64,000 bases of DNA from Hyphochytrium catenoides (Eukaryota; Protista; Hyphochytriomycota), in contig FLMG01001010.1 of the NCBI GenBank assembly GCA_900088475.1, positions 124,001-188,000 of the forward strand. Reading direction: 5' to 3'. The position numbers were made by a program, and so were the translations under genes. This document shows, one piece after another, positions 33,888-46,652 of the stretch. Numbering within the stretch: position 1 is the first letter of the stretch; every line of letters starts with the position of its first letter. Under the pieces are notes generated by a model. The model had not been told where the DNA came from. It did no database searches and worked only from the letters and a program-made list of their open reading frames with translations.

Positions 33888-36752
33888 TTAGTTGTCCAAT
33901 TTCAGCGGCTTCCCCTTGTGATGTGTAATAAAGCTCTGCATACTCACTCGCTCGCCCTTTTCAAAGCCTTCTACTGCATGGGGCCTCTGTGCACTAGAGT
34001 CATAAAGCGGAAAGGGAGCCATCAGCATATCGGAACGTGAGACCATCACCGCTTGAAGCCACGAGAGTAGTGCACCGACAAAAGCTCACTTACCATAGAA
34101 GAATAAGATCGCCAACCTCCGGCATGATAACCAAGGGCTCTGGGAACTAGGCACAAAAGGGTAAGAGGAGATTGTACCCAATTGACGATAAAGGCGAAAG
34201 AGACCCTTCCAGAGAGGACTCAGAGAATGAGTGGGGCACCATCAAGGCAGGGCGAAGAGACTCTTAGGTGGCTGCAGAGACAAGAGTTAAGTAGCATTTC
34301 ACCTTCTCTCGCAGCCTTCGCTGGCCTTCGTCGTCCTGCACTAGCATCTGAGAGAGTGTGTAGGCGTGTCGATAGAAGTCCCAACGATTCATAAAGGATA
34401 TATTCCAGATGGCAAGTCTTCCTCCTGACGGTGGCGTGCGAAGATAGACGTTGGCGCTGAATAGGCCCTTATCCTTGCGCATTATCGCTGAAAGGTGGCC
34501 ATTAATATTGGTTGACTTCTTGCTCCGCGATATCCAGAAGAAGGAAAGGCAAAAAGGCAGAAATGCGGTGGAAAGATGTAAAAAGATAGGAGAGCTGAGG
34601 AAGATAGCTATGAACCCAGCTGGGTGCTACTGCACGAGAGGTACAACGTTTCAGAAACAAGAGATGGCTTAGTAGGCCAAGGCATTGTCGTTGCCTTCGC
34701 CAAATACTGATAGACAGTGCACATATGTTGCTGAGGAAAAACAAAAATAAACGGCCGAAAGGGAGAGACCGATAGGTGATGGGTCACTTCCAGCTTGTAA
34801 CGATGGACTGAGCACAAGAATGAGGATCTCGTCACCCACCCAGCTCATCCACATGGCAGAAGCCGTCCCTGCGCTTGGTGGGTCCTCTCATGATTCTACC
34901 AAGGCCAGCTACAAAGCTTTGTCCTGTGCGCTGGTCCTTTGCTACTCCCGCACCCGTGGGCCATACCTACAATTAACACGGTTGAGAGGATGTTCTCTGG
35001 GCCTCCTCCTTCTTTTACTGTCTGTCGTATTCAACCTCTTCTCCCTCCTGCCATAAATGCGTAGAGAGTACTTTCTTCAAAGCAGGCAGAAAAGGTCCTT
35101 TCCTATCGTCCGAGTGTCTGGTAGCTAATCTCCCCAACCACGACAACTTCTTCTAAGGTTGTCCCATTGCAGTGTTAACCGGCGACTACCTTTGATAGAC
35201 GACTACCTACAATAAACCTGTGCCTATCTACAGCTATCTCTTTCCCCGCCGCTTGGTCCTTGTGTTTGCGGTGTTCCCAGTACAAGTTACCTCATCCAAC
35301 TCCAGCCTCAATTTGTCAATGGGTGTTAGGGTCATAGCACAGCCCCTTTCTCTTTCCTCTTCCCTGTAAGAGTGCGGGCTTTAGTTATCTTTGTCTACCT
35401 CATATCGCTCTAACTTGTCGTCCGGCCATGTCTGCATAATCTGCCCGGGATCTTGTCTCTTCTGCACGGTCTATCCTGTTTGCCCTCTCAAAGAGATATT
35501 GGTCTAGGCTGTCGTTATCGATATTTGCTTCCCTATCTCCTTCTCTCTTTTCGCTGTACCCCTTTAAGAGCAAAACGAAGTGATTCTTACAGCTTCCTGA
35601 GTGCCCTCATGGATGGAATTGCTTGCCGAAAGTACTCCTTTACCGCCTCCTTGCCTTTGGAATTGGCAATATTGAATGGGACGCCGCAAGCCACCTCGAC
35701 ATCTGAGCTCTCGAGACCTGGAAACAAAGAAGCGAATCCAGTGTAAGGTCGTGCGTAATGACTGACATCAGAGATAGTGCATGAGGCCCGACAAAGAGCA
35801 AGGACAAAGAGAGAAGAAAGGAAAGCTATTAAGATAGTTCGCTTAGGTAAGTAGAGATAGAACACTGCAGACGACGCCAACTGTGTCTCTTACGTCGACT
35901 GATGATGAGACATGAAGATAACGCAAAGGAAATGAAGAGAATAAGGGGCAATAAGAGCCAAGACGACATTATCTAGAAGAGGCGCATTAAAAGTGGCAGC
36001 AGAAGTAGAGCGGCAGCGATCAGGAGAGGTGAGACTGCGCGGGAACCTCTTGCTGACGAGACCTGCGCGAAGAGAGGTGAAGAGAAGAGAAGAACGCGAG
36101 TGAGGAGTGGCACAAGGTACTTGCGGACGAACTAGACGAAGAGCTGAAGAGCTCGTTAACAACTGCCAACGAGTTTGGGAGCAGAGGTAAGGATACGAAG
36201 AGAGAGCGTGACGACATAGTCGCGAGAAGAGGTTAGCGAAGGTATAGTTGCCTCCTGACGAAGCACGGAACTTATAGCGGCATTAGCCGTATAATTAGCG
36301 CAGACGGAGTTAGATGTCCCGCCAACGAGAAGCAAGAACTGAGCTGACCATCCAGTTCCGTACGCCTGGCAGCTGTGACATTCGCTGGGCCAATGCCTCC
36401 GAGTCTGTCTTCGGGTAGAAGTTTGGAATCCTAACTGCTAAGGCTTCATGATGAAACAACGCCTGCGCCTGGACCTTAGCTAATGTGCTAAGGGCAGAGA
36501 CCGCAAGAGCTAGAAGAGTGGGAGCAGGAGCTTGAAAGGAAGAGAAGGGAGATTGAGTTGAGCCAGCGAGACTGTGAGCCATACCTCGAGATGTTCCTTC
36601 TCCAAGGTCTCCGCGGTAATGCATCTGGAGATCTCGGGACGCACCAGGCTTTCAAAGGCTCCAAAGCGTTCCTCCAAGATGCGGAACATCTCCTGGATGG
36701 CTTGCTGCCTTTGAGCGCTAGCCAGCGCAGCTCCGCCTCGTCCCAGCTTCAT
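33888..36752 (-). CDS. 2-oxoglutarate/Fe(II)-dependent dioxygenase (HxD...H triad), 9 exons including a 16-nt micro-exon
   Basis: Spliced product includes ALFHHEALAVRIPNFYP, TPIDKLRLELDE|VWPTGA...FVAGLGRIMRG...FCHVDEL, FSANVYLRTPPSGGRLAIWN and LVIMPEVGDLILLC|AQRPHAVEGF..ERVSMQSFI...-TAA. All junctions are GT-AG and phase-consistent. Confidence 0.85.
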
Positions 36753-37456
36753 CACTTATCCTATCTGTCGGAGATAATCTTACTCTGGTGTCGTATGAGG
36801 CGGTTCATCAAGCTTCACTCAGCATCAACCGCCCCTTCTGCTCTGCCATGCCAAGGATAACAAGTGTCAGAGTGCTCATGAATGCACATACGATGAATCG
36901 AGTTCTTCCTTGCTTCCATTCCCTTATCCTTCTAGCTTCCTCCTGCCCGTCCAGCGTCCAGCAAGAAGCTCAATCTCAGGCTTCCTTGCACATCCAAGGT
37001 CTCTCTCAATCAAGGTGTGTCGTTCTGATCTCTAGCTGGAAACGGCTAGGAATCGAGTTCATCCACTGTCAGATCTTCACCTGAAGTCTCCAGCGAATCT
37101 GCAGAAATCTCTGACCAACAATGCTGATAATTAGAAGTGCTTTGGGCATGTAAACTTCTAGCTAAAAGTCTACCCTCCGCGCCCTGGCGTCTTTGCAATG
37201 GCCAAGCATTGGCTGTCAGACTCTCCGCGGTCGCCAGGTTATTGAGAACCCATGCCAATGCTTCCGTAGAGCTTCACACCTCCCACGGTATTTACATTAG
37301 ATATACAATAGATACTACTCTATCCTGAGTTCATAATCTCCCCTCCTCTCAACATCCCTTGGCACCTCTAGCTGTTCTAAGGCCTCACGAGGGTTTACAG
37401 ATCTCCTGGTTTCTCAGATTTGCTAATCAAGGAGCTGCCTGTTCAAACGAGCTTCG

Positions 37457-40400
37457 TCAGCCTTCTTCTCTTCCTTGGGGAGCCAGATGTTTCTCCTCGG
37501 CGACCGCTTCACTTCTGGCAATGCACTCTCGGAGCCATTCCACGCGAACAACCTTGATACGTGTTGTTGGCGCACTAGCGCGCGAGTAGGTGGAAAGCAC
37601 GAGAAGAGAGAAAGAAAGTGAGCAACAGTCACGACTAAGAGCAATGTCGTCAGTCTATCGAGAGAGAAGGGAGACAGGCATCTGCCAGACAGGCAACCAA
37701 GCTTTTGAAGGGAAAGGTAAAATGTGGAGAGATAACAGGGTCAGACATATCAACCTCAGGCCAAGCTTCCCTAGTGCCCGCTCTAGAGTCTGTGAGGTGA
37801 CAATATGCGTCGTTTCCCTTGTGAGCTCCACAGAGAATCGCGCCCCCAGACCCTCCGTTGCAGCTTGCAGTTGTCCTGCGTCCGGAACGCCTCGTCGCAT
37901 AAAGAGAATGCGAGCGGAGCTGCAGGTATAGGAGGAAAGAGAAAAAATTAGCCGAGTTTAGCTTGACATCGCGAAGAGCAACGACACAACATCAAACATA
38001 AGCCAACTTCCCCTACCTTAGCGGGAGTTCGGGTGGGAGAGTAAGCTCACTTGCCTGAAGATTGCCTCCTAAGCTCGTGCCATAACCTGAGAGATAAGCA
38101 TTAGACCTGGTGGTTAGTAAGGAGAGAGAGAAGAACACATAGGACTAGCGAGAGACACGAAGACTGGCAGAAGTCACACTTTGGACTACCAGGGCAATAT
38201 CACGGCCAGCAACTTATGGAGCAGTGTGACAGAGGACAAGGGGACAGTAGGGTGAGAGAGAAAGGCAGCGCCAAGTCCGTCCATCACCATTCACTCTCTC
38301 GTCATCCTCCACAGCGATAGGATTTGAACTGTCAGCTTCTGAGAGTCCGATGGAAGAGACTACGCGTTAAGAAGATCGAGAGTAAGGTCAGGAAACGGCA
38401 TCTCTTAAAGACAAGAAAAGGACAAGAAGTAGAAGGTCAGGGCTAGCTTGGCACGGTCATAGCCCTTGAAAGAGGCACGAGTGTCTCTGTCAGAGGACCA
38501 CATGGCAGAGAAGCTGAAGACTAAGCCAGCTATAGGAAATAGGTGGATCGCTGTGTGAGAGAATCTGCTTCCAAACCTGAGCTGGGCGCAAAGACTGGTG
38601 CTCCACCTACGGCAGGTCCAAACGTAGAGGCGAGAGATCTCCCAGATATAATAGCTACGCAAGAGGAGGACGATTAGGAGTCTAGTGCTGCGACGAGACT
38701 CTCAAGAAGGAAAAGTAGCATAAAGAACTAAACGGAAGGAAACAGTGCAAAGATGAGTGAGTGATCATATGAGTTAACATAGACATGGATTTTTGGCTAC
38801 GAGGAAGAGCAGACCTTGTGTTTGCTGAGCCAGTTGCTCTTCGCGTTTTTTCTCCCACTCTTTCTCTAGTACGTACTCCCGGACTACCTGCTCACGAAGA
38901 TGGAGAGGGATCTCCTCTGACTCATCTTTCTCCAACATGGTATCCTGAGTATAGCATTCGGCCTGCATTGATCCAGTCGTGAGATTGACGAGGTGAGAAG
39001 CTTGAAGAGGCTGATGTCAACAGCCAGAAAAATAGAATTGGTCTTACTATGAGCTCTCTTCTCCTGTTAATTGCGCGGAGCAGTACCGGATCCGCAGTAG
39101 GTAGTTGGAATCTGGGTGCAAGCACCACCTGTTAGCAGCAGAGGAAGGGGAAAAAGGACAGAACGAGAGAGGTTGAGAGCTGCCTAGGAAGAAAATGACC
39201 AGCGAGGAATGTTAAAGTGACCACCCATTCTCCTCTTCATCGCTTACATCGGCGGCACCAAGATCTTCACTGGCCGTCTGAAGTCTGTCCGCCCTTTGTT
39301 GCTGTTTGAAGTCTGCAATGGAGAAGAACTTGCTAATCTCGTGCTGTGAAAACTTCCGTCCTTAGAAGGAAAAAAGAGAGACCCATGAGACACTAGTGTA
39401 TAGCTCCCCAAAAATTCAGAGAGAAACACAGCTGAGCGGAAGGGGTTAGGCAGTACAGGCCTGAAGGGCTGAGCAAACTTAAGAAGTGGAAGGGTCACTG
39501 TCGTAAGTGTGTAAGAGAGTGTTTACGGTGAGCAGCTGATACCTGTAGCAGTATCGTCCACTATTCTCTTACTCAGTCCTTCCTTACGTATTTGTTGCTC
39601 GTAGATCTTTTTCTCCATTGTCCCTGAGGAGACCAGTCGGTAGAGATAGACTGGCTTTGTCTGCAGAATGATGTGTTAGATGACGTAGCCGTTGGCCGAC
39701 TCTTTCTTTCCCTTCGTGCTTCCCTTGTATCTCTTTATATCTACTTTCAGCTTGACGACTGGTGTGTTGTTTGCAATGTTATTAGCTCACACTTCTTCTG
39801 GACTGCCTCTCTGGCGTTCGCATTAGCATCACCCCTAAGATATTTCTTGCCGTCTCCTACCTGGCCGAAGCGGTAGCAGCGGCTCATGGATTGATGATCA
39901 TGCGAAGGATTCCAGCAGACGTCGAAGATCACCACTCGATTGCCGCCAACTAGGTTAACCCCTGAGGTACAGAAGCAAGAATGGTAAGGAACAATAGTAT
40001 AATTGCACTGCGGCACACCAAGAACAAGGCTAATGGCAGGTCTGCGGCGTCTCGACAACTGCTCTCACGAATTCAGAGGGTCAAGAAGCGAATCTGCTAC
40101 CAGAAGAATCCACTGTGACGTAAAAATGTATTTGTCGAAAGAGAAACACAGAGAAAGAGCGATTGAGTGCTTTCCTTCTCCTCCAGCCTTTGTAGAGACT
40201 AGCATCGCATGTACCAGCTCTTGGGGATCGTTAAACCTGTTTATCAACTCCGTACGTTGAGCCAGGGGAGTGCTGCCGTCTATCCGGAAGTATACTATTG
40301 GCAAATCTTTCTTCTTTTGATTCAGCTCTTGATTGGAGGCTGCAAAAGAAGAGGTGATTAAGCGTGAACATCGCACACAAACAATGTGATACAGTCAGGT

Positions 40401-42550
40401 AAATTAGAGGTCAGGGAACAAGGGAAGAAGAGTAAGAGTGAGAAACGCACAAAGCCTTGATAGTCGAATAAGGAAGAGTGAGATCAGTGCCAAACGCAGG
40501 CCCCTTCTCCACCAACTGCTGCTGAGCGAGGAAAGAGATCGGACCCAAGAAGCTTAAGAACAGAACGGCACCGCCTAGGACCACCAATCTGGAGATTTCT
40601 ATGGTCTTAACGAGATGTAATAAGGTGGGCAGAAGGTGCAGCATAGCGAAGGACCTGATATAAAGTGTCCTAGTATGTCCAGACTGGTGAGGCTCTGAGA
40701 GAAAACTACTATCCTATCGCCAGCGGCCACGCTAAAAAGTAAAGAGAGTGCGAGACAAGGGGGTCGATAAATAAGGATATGGTTGGACACAAGAGCTCTT
40801 GTGATGGGAGTGAGGGAACTCAATTGACAGCGTAAGCTCAATTTGTAGAATGGGCAAGTGCTGGCTTCAAGGGCCCAGGCTGAGGCCAAATTGAAGAAGA
40901 TGACGCAAGAGGAAAGAGGCCAATTTTTTGAAGACTAAAACGCCAGGCAGAGCACCGAACTCCTAAGCTGACCTAGCCCTAATCAACTCCATCGCTAAGA
41001 TCATCTTGGAACTGTTCTCAATCTTCTTCTCTTGATAAGATTGAAAGAAGGGCGTTGCCCAACCCAGTTTGTGGTCAGGCGGCTTCCAGCCTCTTTCAGA
41101 CATCTGCACCACGTCGTCTCCAGTTGCCTAGTCAAAACCATAGATGAACAGAATTGTTGAAGTCAGAGATTAGAAAATAATTGTGGATAGCATTAACGGC
41201 TTAAGAAAAAGGAGCCGGTGCAAATGGGAACACTGGATGGGAGAAAGGTATGCATTCCTACCACTTCTGCGCCAGAGGAGGGGTCTCCTGCCACCGCTAT
41301 TACCTCTTCCTCCTCCTGTGTCCCTTCTTGAGTCTCCTTCCCCTGGGAGATTTATAAGGCAGACGATCAAAGCCTCAATAAGGTGCCTATCCAGTACCGA
41401 CCCCGCACATAATCTGGATCTTTGTCCTCCTCTCCTGCCTTCTGTGCTCTCTTTATGCATTTGGGCTATAAGCTGTTCTCTCCCAACTATTCTCACCTCT
41501 TCGTCCAGCAGACTGCTGCCGTCGTCTCTGAACTCCATATCCAGCATTGGATCCCGGATGGACTTGACGGAGCGGTGCAATATATCTGCCCGGCACAGGA
41601 GTGAGAGGCAACAGGTACCAGCTAGATGGTGATCAAAGGAAGGGATAAAGTAAACTCAGGGAAGAGGAAGTAAGAAGCGAGCGGGAGGCTGAGGACAACA
41701 AGATGTTGCCGGAGCATCCAGCCCTAAGGGAAGGAGGGTATGCTAGGGTTCGCGTACGCACCGGGGTGGTTAACAATCATCAACGACACGTGGTAAGCCC
41801 CAAGGATGTCCTTATTCAGGGACGCCGATCCACTTTCACTTGCTCGATTCCTTCGGTCTCGTAAGAAAGCGCGATAAAGCTGAAGAACTGAGGCTTAGCT
41901 TGACCTCTTCCCTCCCGGTAACTGACCGGTCAGGCCCTCACCTTCGGACCTCTGTCACTAGCCTTCCATATCCCTAATGGAGCTACCTTATTCTGCATCT
42001 ATGAGACTGACGCCTATTCCCTTTTCACAAGCCCTAGCTAACGCACTTCGTCAGTCTCCATTTACCTGGGACTGGAACTGTGAGAGCGAAACATGAAGCA
42101 CCCACTCCTGCTTAGGCGGAAGAAGAGACTTCAGATATGAGGCGTCTCGGCGAAGGACCAAGGGTTTCATCTCTTGCGTAAGGACGTAAGAACGTTTCCT
42201 GGGATTTGAGCAATGAGACATTACAATTCCAAAACACGACCGTAAAATAGCACTTAGGTGACTCTCGCTACCTAACTCTAAGACGTGAAGAAGAGGATCG
42301 TAAGCTAGCACTTGTAGATATACCCCTGTGGCTGTGCACCAGGGAGAAGGGCCAAAGCGATAGGAAAGGAGAGCCAGACCTTGCCAAAATGACATCTGCA
42401 TCACTGCTGTCGATACACTGACCATTCAGAATGGGAGCCTCAAACCTCCTTTTGAACTCCTATAGTACCATCATAGAGCCATGGCAGACAGATAACGTTA
42501 GACGGACTACTACCCGCTGCGCGGGCCGCAGAGAGAGAGAGAGAGAGACA

Positions 42551-42587
<37 letters not shown>

Positions 42588-45329
42588 NNNNNNNNNAATA
42601 ATGTCATTGAACGTCCCCGCACGAATGCGACTGCTTCACTATGGCATATCTATGGCGTCGTTACCCTCCACCACTTCGCCCTGACCTACCTGTCTGGACC
42701 CGAGATAATTAGGTCTGGCAAAGTTAACCATCGTGTAGTACTCCATCAAGTGGTTCTGCATTGGATAGCCTATCAAAAGGATCAAGACAGAGGGAGAACC
42801 GGAAAGGGAGAATGAGAGGTGCCACCAGGAAGGCAAACTTAGACGCAACGCATCGGGTTTCCTTAAAGAGGTATGACGAAGCTTTAAGGAACTGGAAGGA
42901 AAGAGAACACAGCCAAGATAGAAAGAAGGGCCACAAAGCGAGAATGAATTTGCAGGTGGGAATAGACCGATAAAGAGTCAGCACGAGTGCAAGATTGACC
43001 TGTCAAGATGAGTCTTCGTTTGGTTCTAACTAAATGCAGAGCATCGTGGAGCCGCGACTTATCACTTCGAATTCGATGGCCCTGCGATAGACAGGCAGCG
43101 AGAGGGGCAGTGAGATATAACCCATCGACAATTGAAATAGATGCCAGGTAAGAAACGGTCTCGTAAGGCCCGGACCAGGAGAAAGACAGAAGGTGGCCGT
43201 TTCCCTTCAATTCCATGTATCAGGAGCAGTCATTCACCTCGTCCAGCACGATGAGGTCTGGTCCAGGGTCTGCAAGCAGGTGCTGGAAAGACTGAGTTAT
43301 GGGATCGTCATCATCCTCTTCCCGTCTCCCTAGACCGCTGGACGGCTCGTCGGCAGAGATTTGAGGCATCACAAGGTTGCGAAACATCTCGTAGCCAATG
43401 AGAAGCACTCCTCCTGTCTCCTGCCATTGCTTGAGGACCGATAGTCTGTCTTCTGCTAGCTTTTGCTGTGAGCGGAGGTCAAAAGTTAGCTTTGCTCACG
43501 AAATTGACGCTTTCGATTTTCACGGCCGCTGTCTACCTTGATGGAGTCCAGAAGAAAGAGAGGGACACTGCAGTCAGGGTCACCTTCTGACTCGTCTCTC
43601 TCCTCATCTCCCTTATATGGGATCCAGCGACATAGCTCTGCCCGCCAATTCCGCACTACAATCGCCGGCGCTACTACCATGACAGTAACTGGGGAGCCTG
43701 TTCAATTGTTCAACCCAGCAAGGGCATCATAGCATACAGAGACGAAGAAGCGTGCAGACTTGGTAAGTTCAAACGTGGTTGACATGTGGCCCTAGCTGTA
43801 CTTCTGAGGGGACTGGGGAAAGTTCACTTGGCAGAAACCTGCAGTACAAAGGGTTGAATGTTGAACTGACCCTTAGGATAGCTCCTCATGAAAGCTTCTA
43901 TCACGGTGATGGTTTGAACAGTCTTTCCCAGGCCCATGTAATCTGCCAGAATGCAGCCGAACCCCTAAAATAAATGTAAGACGGAGCGGGCAAATCATTG
44001 AGATCAAGAAAGGACTGAGGCAAGGTAGGACAGGGCCTTCGGTACAAATAGACGGCTAACTAACGGGACGGACAGCGAAGGGCAGTCAAAGGAACGAGAC
44101 GATTGAGATAGAGAGCACGGTGATAAGAAGTAGCACGGTGATGGGAAGTGTTTAACTCTGGGAAGGGAGAGAGAGAGAGACGGTGAGAGGTACCTCTGGC
44201 GGGGCGGAGAGATGGGCCCATAAGAACCGAGCTCCTAATATCTGATGCTTCTTGAGGTTGCTGGCTATGAAACGATCCGCATATACCGGAGCCTCTGAGA
44301 GGACAACGTAGATGAAGCTTAGAAAAGGCAGAGAGACGTAAGCTTTATCGAAGGAAGGGAGCCAGAGAAGTGACGACGAGCAAAAAGAAGAATAAAGAAA
44401 CGAATGAGGACAAGACAGAGAGAGAGAAGCTGGGGAAAAGGGAGATAAGACCAGCATGACTGGTACCTCCACCATCAGCTCCCGCGGGATTGAGGCATAG
44501 GCTCTCGGCACCAGGGACAGGTTCCACGCCATCAGCTTCCCCCTTCAGCTTGTCTCCTCTCTAGGATATAAAGCGCGAGCATCAGTAAAGACTCAGACTG
44601 TTCCTTTCTTCTCCCCCTCTGTCATGAGGCCTCTTCCAGTTTTTTTGCTCTCAAAGTTTGTTTCCCCTTCCAACCGCAGGGTCGTGCTACTCTAACTATC
44701 CATCACAAGAGCCGTTGTCTCAAGATCTATGTACTAGCCCTGACGTCTGTCCTACGTAGCCTCTTCTTCTCGTCTCACCTCCTCCGCTCGGGAGTTCTCC
44801 TCTCCTGGCTGCATCCGTGAGCTCCCAGTCGTTACCTCAAACCTCGAGGCACGAGCTTCTTCTGCCTGTCGGGCCTCCAGGGTCCGCTGCTCCAGCTGAA
44901 GGTCGATAAGCTCTGAAGCCTAGGTATCGCGAGAGGTCAATAGCGGAACTGCTGCGCGTTCTCGTCAACATAGCGGTCGTTATCGTCCTGCTCCTACTTT
45001 CTGTCTGTCTGATGTAATGTCTGCCTATCCTTCTCTATTCCTTGAGACCTCTGCTTTCCCACGGCATCCACGGTACACCTGACACTATGTCCTCATGGTT
45101 CTCAGTGGGTTGGACTTCTTACCTTCACCTTCTGTCGCTTCCGCTTGCCTGCTCCAAACCTCAGAACCTCATCTAACCCAGGCTCATCAGGCTTCTTCTC
45201 GTCAAGGTCTTCCTCCTCTTGGGGTGCTCTCCCACCTTCATGAGGGGCCTTCTCTCGGCCATCATCCTCTTCCTCCTCCGCCATACCAGTCTGCCTGCTC
45301 CTTTCTTCTTCCTCCTCTCCCCCTTGCAT
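37457..45329 (-). CDS. SNF2-family ATPase, ATRX/ARIP4 (RAD54L2) subfamily, with a C-terminal BRCT domain; about 25 exons
   Basis: Helicase motifs [101 protein letters not shown] and [41 protein letters not shown]. Terminal exons read LPLSSARILF...TTHIV...[11 protein letters not shown]. The start codon is uncertain. Confidence 0.9.
42530..42596. repeat. Compound microsatellite (AG)n(AC)n(AG)n with an N gap, inside a SNF2 intron
   Basis: Read directly from the sequence. Confidence 0.95.
44114..44149. repeat. 18-bp tandem duplication in a SNF2 intron
   Basis: agcacggtgataagaagt followed by agcacggtgatgggaagt. Confidence 0.8.
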
Positions 45330-45990
45330 CTTTGGCTTGGGGGACCTGAGCTATCCTCCTTACCGTGACGAGGAACCTCCCCAGTCCTCCGCCTCCATCA
45401 ACGTTCTTACCCGTTATTGCCCTCGTTATGGCCCTTTCCTCTCACTCCGTACAGTCAACAGACATGAGCGAACCTCCGCTATCCTTGAAGACCGTCTCTT
45501 CCTCTCTCTCTCTGCCTGCCTTAGGAACGCTGCACTTCCTCTCCTCCTGCTCCGACTCCGCACTCCAACCAGCGCAGTGCTTTTCTCCTTGGCAAATCTC
45601 TACAAGAGAATCTGTGATAAATCTCTTTGCCCCAATAAAAGTACCGCTAACCGACTTGTAGGAGCGGTTACCGGCAAGCTTCCCGAAGAGCTTGAAGACT
45701 TCAATGCGCTCATCAGAAATCAGCAGAAGGCAGCTCTGCATCTGACGCTGATGACGCCCTTTGCACTGAAGCAAGCCTGACGGAGAGGACACGAAGAAAG
45801 CTCCTGGTCCGAAGGAGAAAGAAGCGCCACGAGCCTGAGATGTCAGCAGGAGGCTAGGAGGGAAGAGTTAGCCATGTCTCTTATAGTTTGCTTGATCTGA
45901 TGTCAAAGGTGAAAACCCTGTAAGAAGTAGAAAAAGCACAGTCACCACGGCTATTCTCCTCGTTGAACAGTGGAAGCGAGGCTCAGGGTC

Positions 45991-46652
45991 ATGAATAGAC
46001 CCCGAAGTGGCCAAGATTCTGTTCTGCAGACCCTTCTTTCAGGCTTGCAGGAGTGTCTAGGGCACGACGATGATGTCGACAGACTCACGAACAAAGTCAC
46101 AGAGCAGTTTGACGTCCTCCGCAGAGCATATACGAACCATAGCAGACAAGTTCAAGGCGGAGGAGAGGGCAAAGACACTTCGACTGCACTGCTGGACGAG
46201 TATAAGAGATTCAAGGAGAAGAGAGAAGCCTTGGCTGCTACGCTGAAGGAGAGAGGCCTTCCAATCCCTTGGCAGCTCAAGCTTGTCGTGGACGATATGG
46301 AAAGACAGCTAAAGCTTCGAGAGGCCTTAGAGAAAGCACCAGAAGCTCCATCCCAAGCTCCTCTGGTAAGCTCCCCGTAGCTCTGCGGCAACCCCATTGC
46401 CGCAAGGGTCTCCATCATGTCTGACCATTGTGGTTTCGTGCTAATGTACAGAGAAACAGAGCAGAGAAAGCGGAGGCGGCAGTAAACAGGGCGAAGGAGA
46501 GCAACTCAGAGAAAGGAGAGGAGCTGCCAAGAAGGAGACGAGTCGATCCCGCCTTTAGCAGAGAGCAGCATATCCGTTTCACGCAACGCACAGGAGTTCT
46601 CGCGATCCTGACAGTGCTGTTCATCTTCTTCTATCAAGAGTCCTTCCAATAA
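45991..46652 (+). CDS. Uncharacterised coiled-coil protein with a single C-terminal TM (tail-anchored), 2 exons; intron 46366-46451
   Basis: ORFs 45970-46380 and 46428-46652 join in frame through CTG|gtaagc...ctaatgtacag|AGA. The body is helical and charged; the C-terminus is TGVLAILTVLFIFFYQESFQ. Confidence 0.7.

Noticed and set aside
34392-34402. ATATCCTTT on the minus strand as a U12 (AT-AC) intron donor
   Set aside because: It lies inside a continuous, sensible oxygenase exon (WNISFMNRWDFY) and no intron is needed. Similar motifs near 40775 and 58380 fall inside ordinary GT-AG introns.
24752-36752. ilvD + membrane protein + PPX1 + 2OG oxygenase as a biosynthetic cluster with DHAD as a self-resistance gene
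   Set aside because: There is no scaffold enzyme (terpene synthase, PKS or NRPS) and the neighbours are housekeeping genes. Adjacency alone is not evidence.
38040-38075. GC donor (CAG|gcaagt) with a 14-nt micro-exon before the BRCT domain
   Set aside because: A longer exon ending CTAAG|gtaggg gives a canonical, in-phase join with a better BRCT start (ELPLSSARILF).
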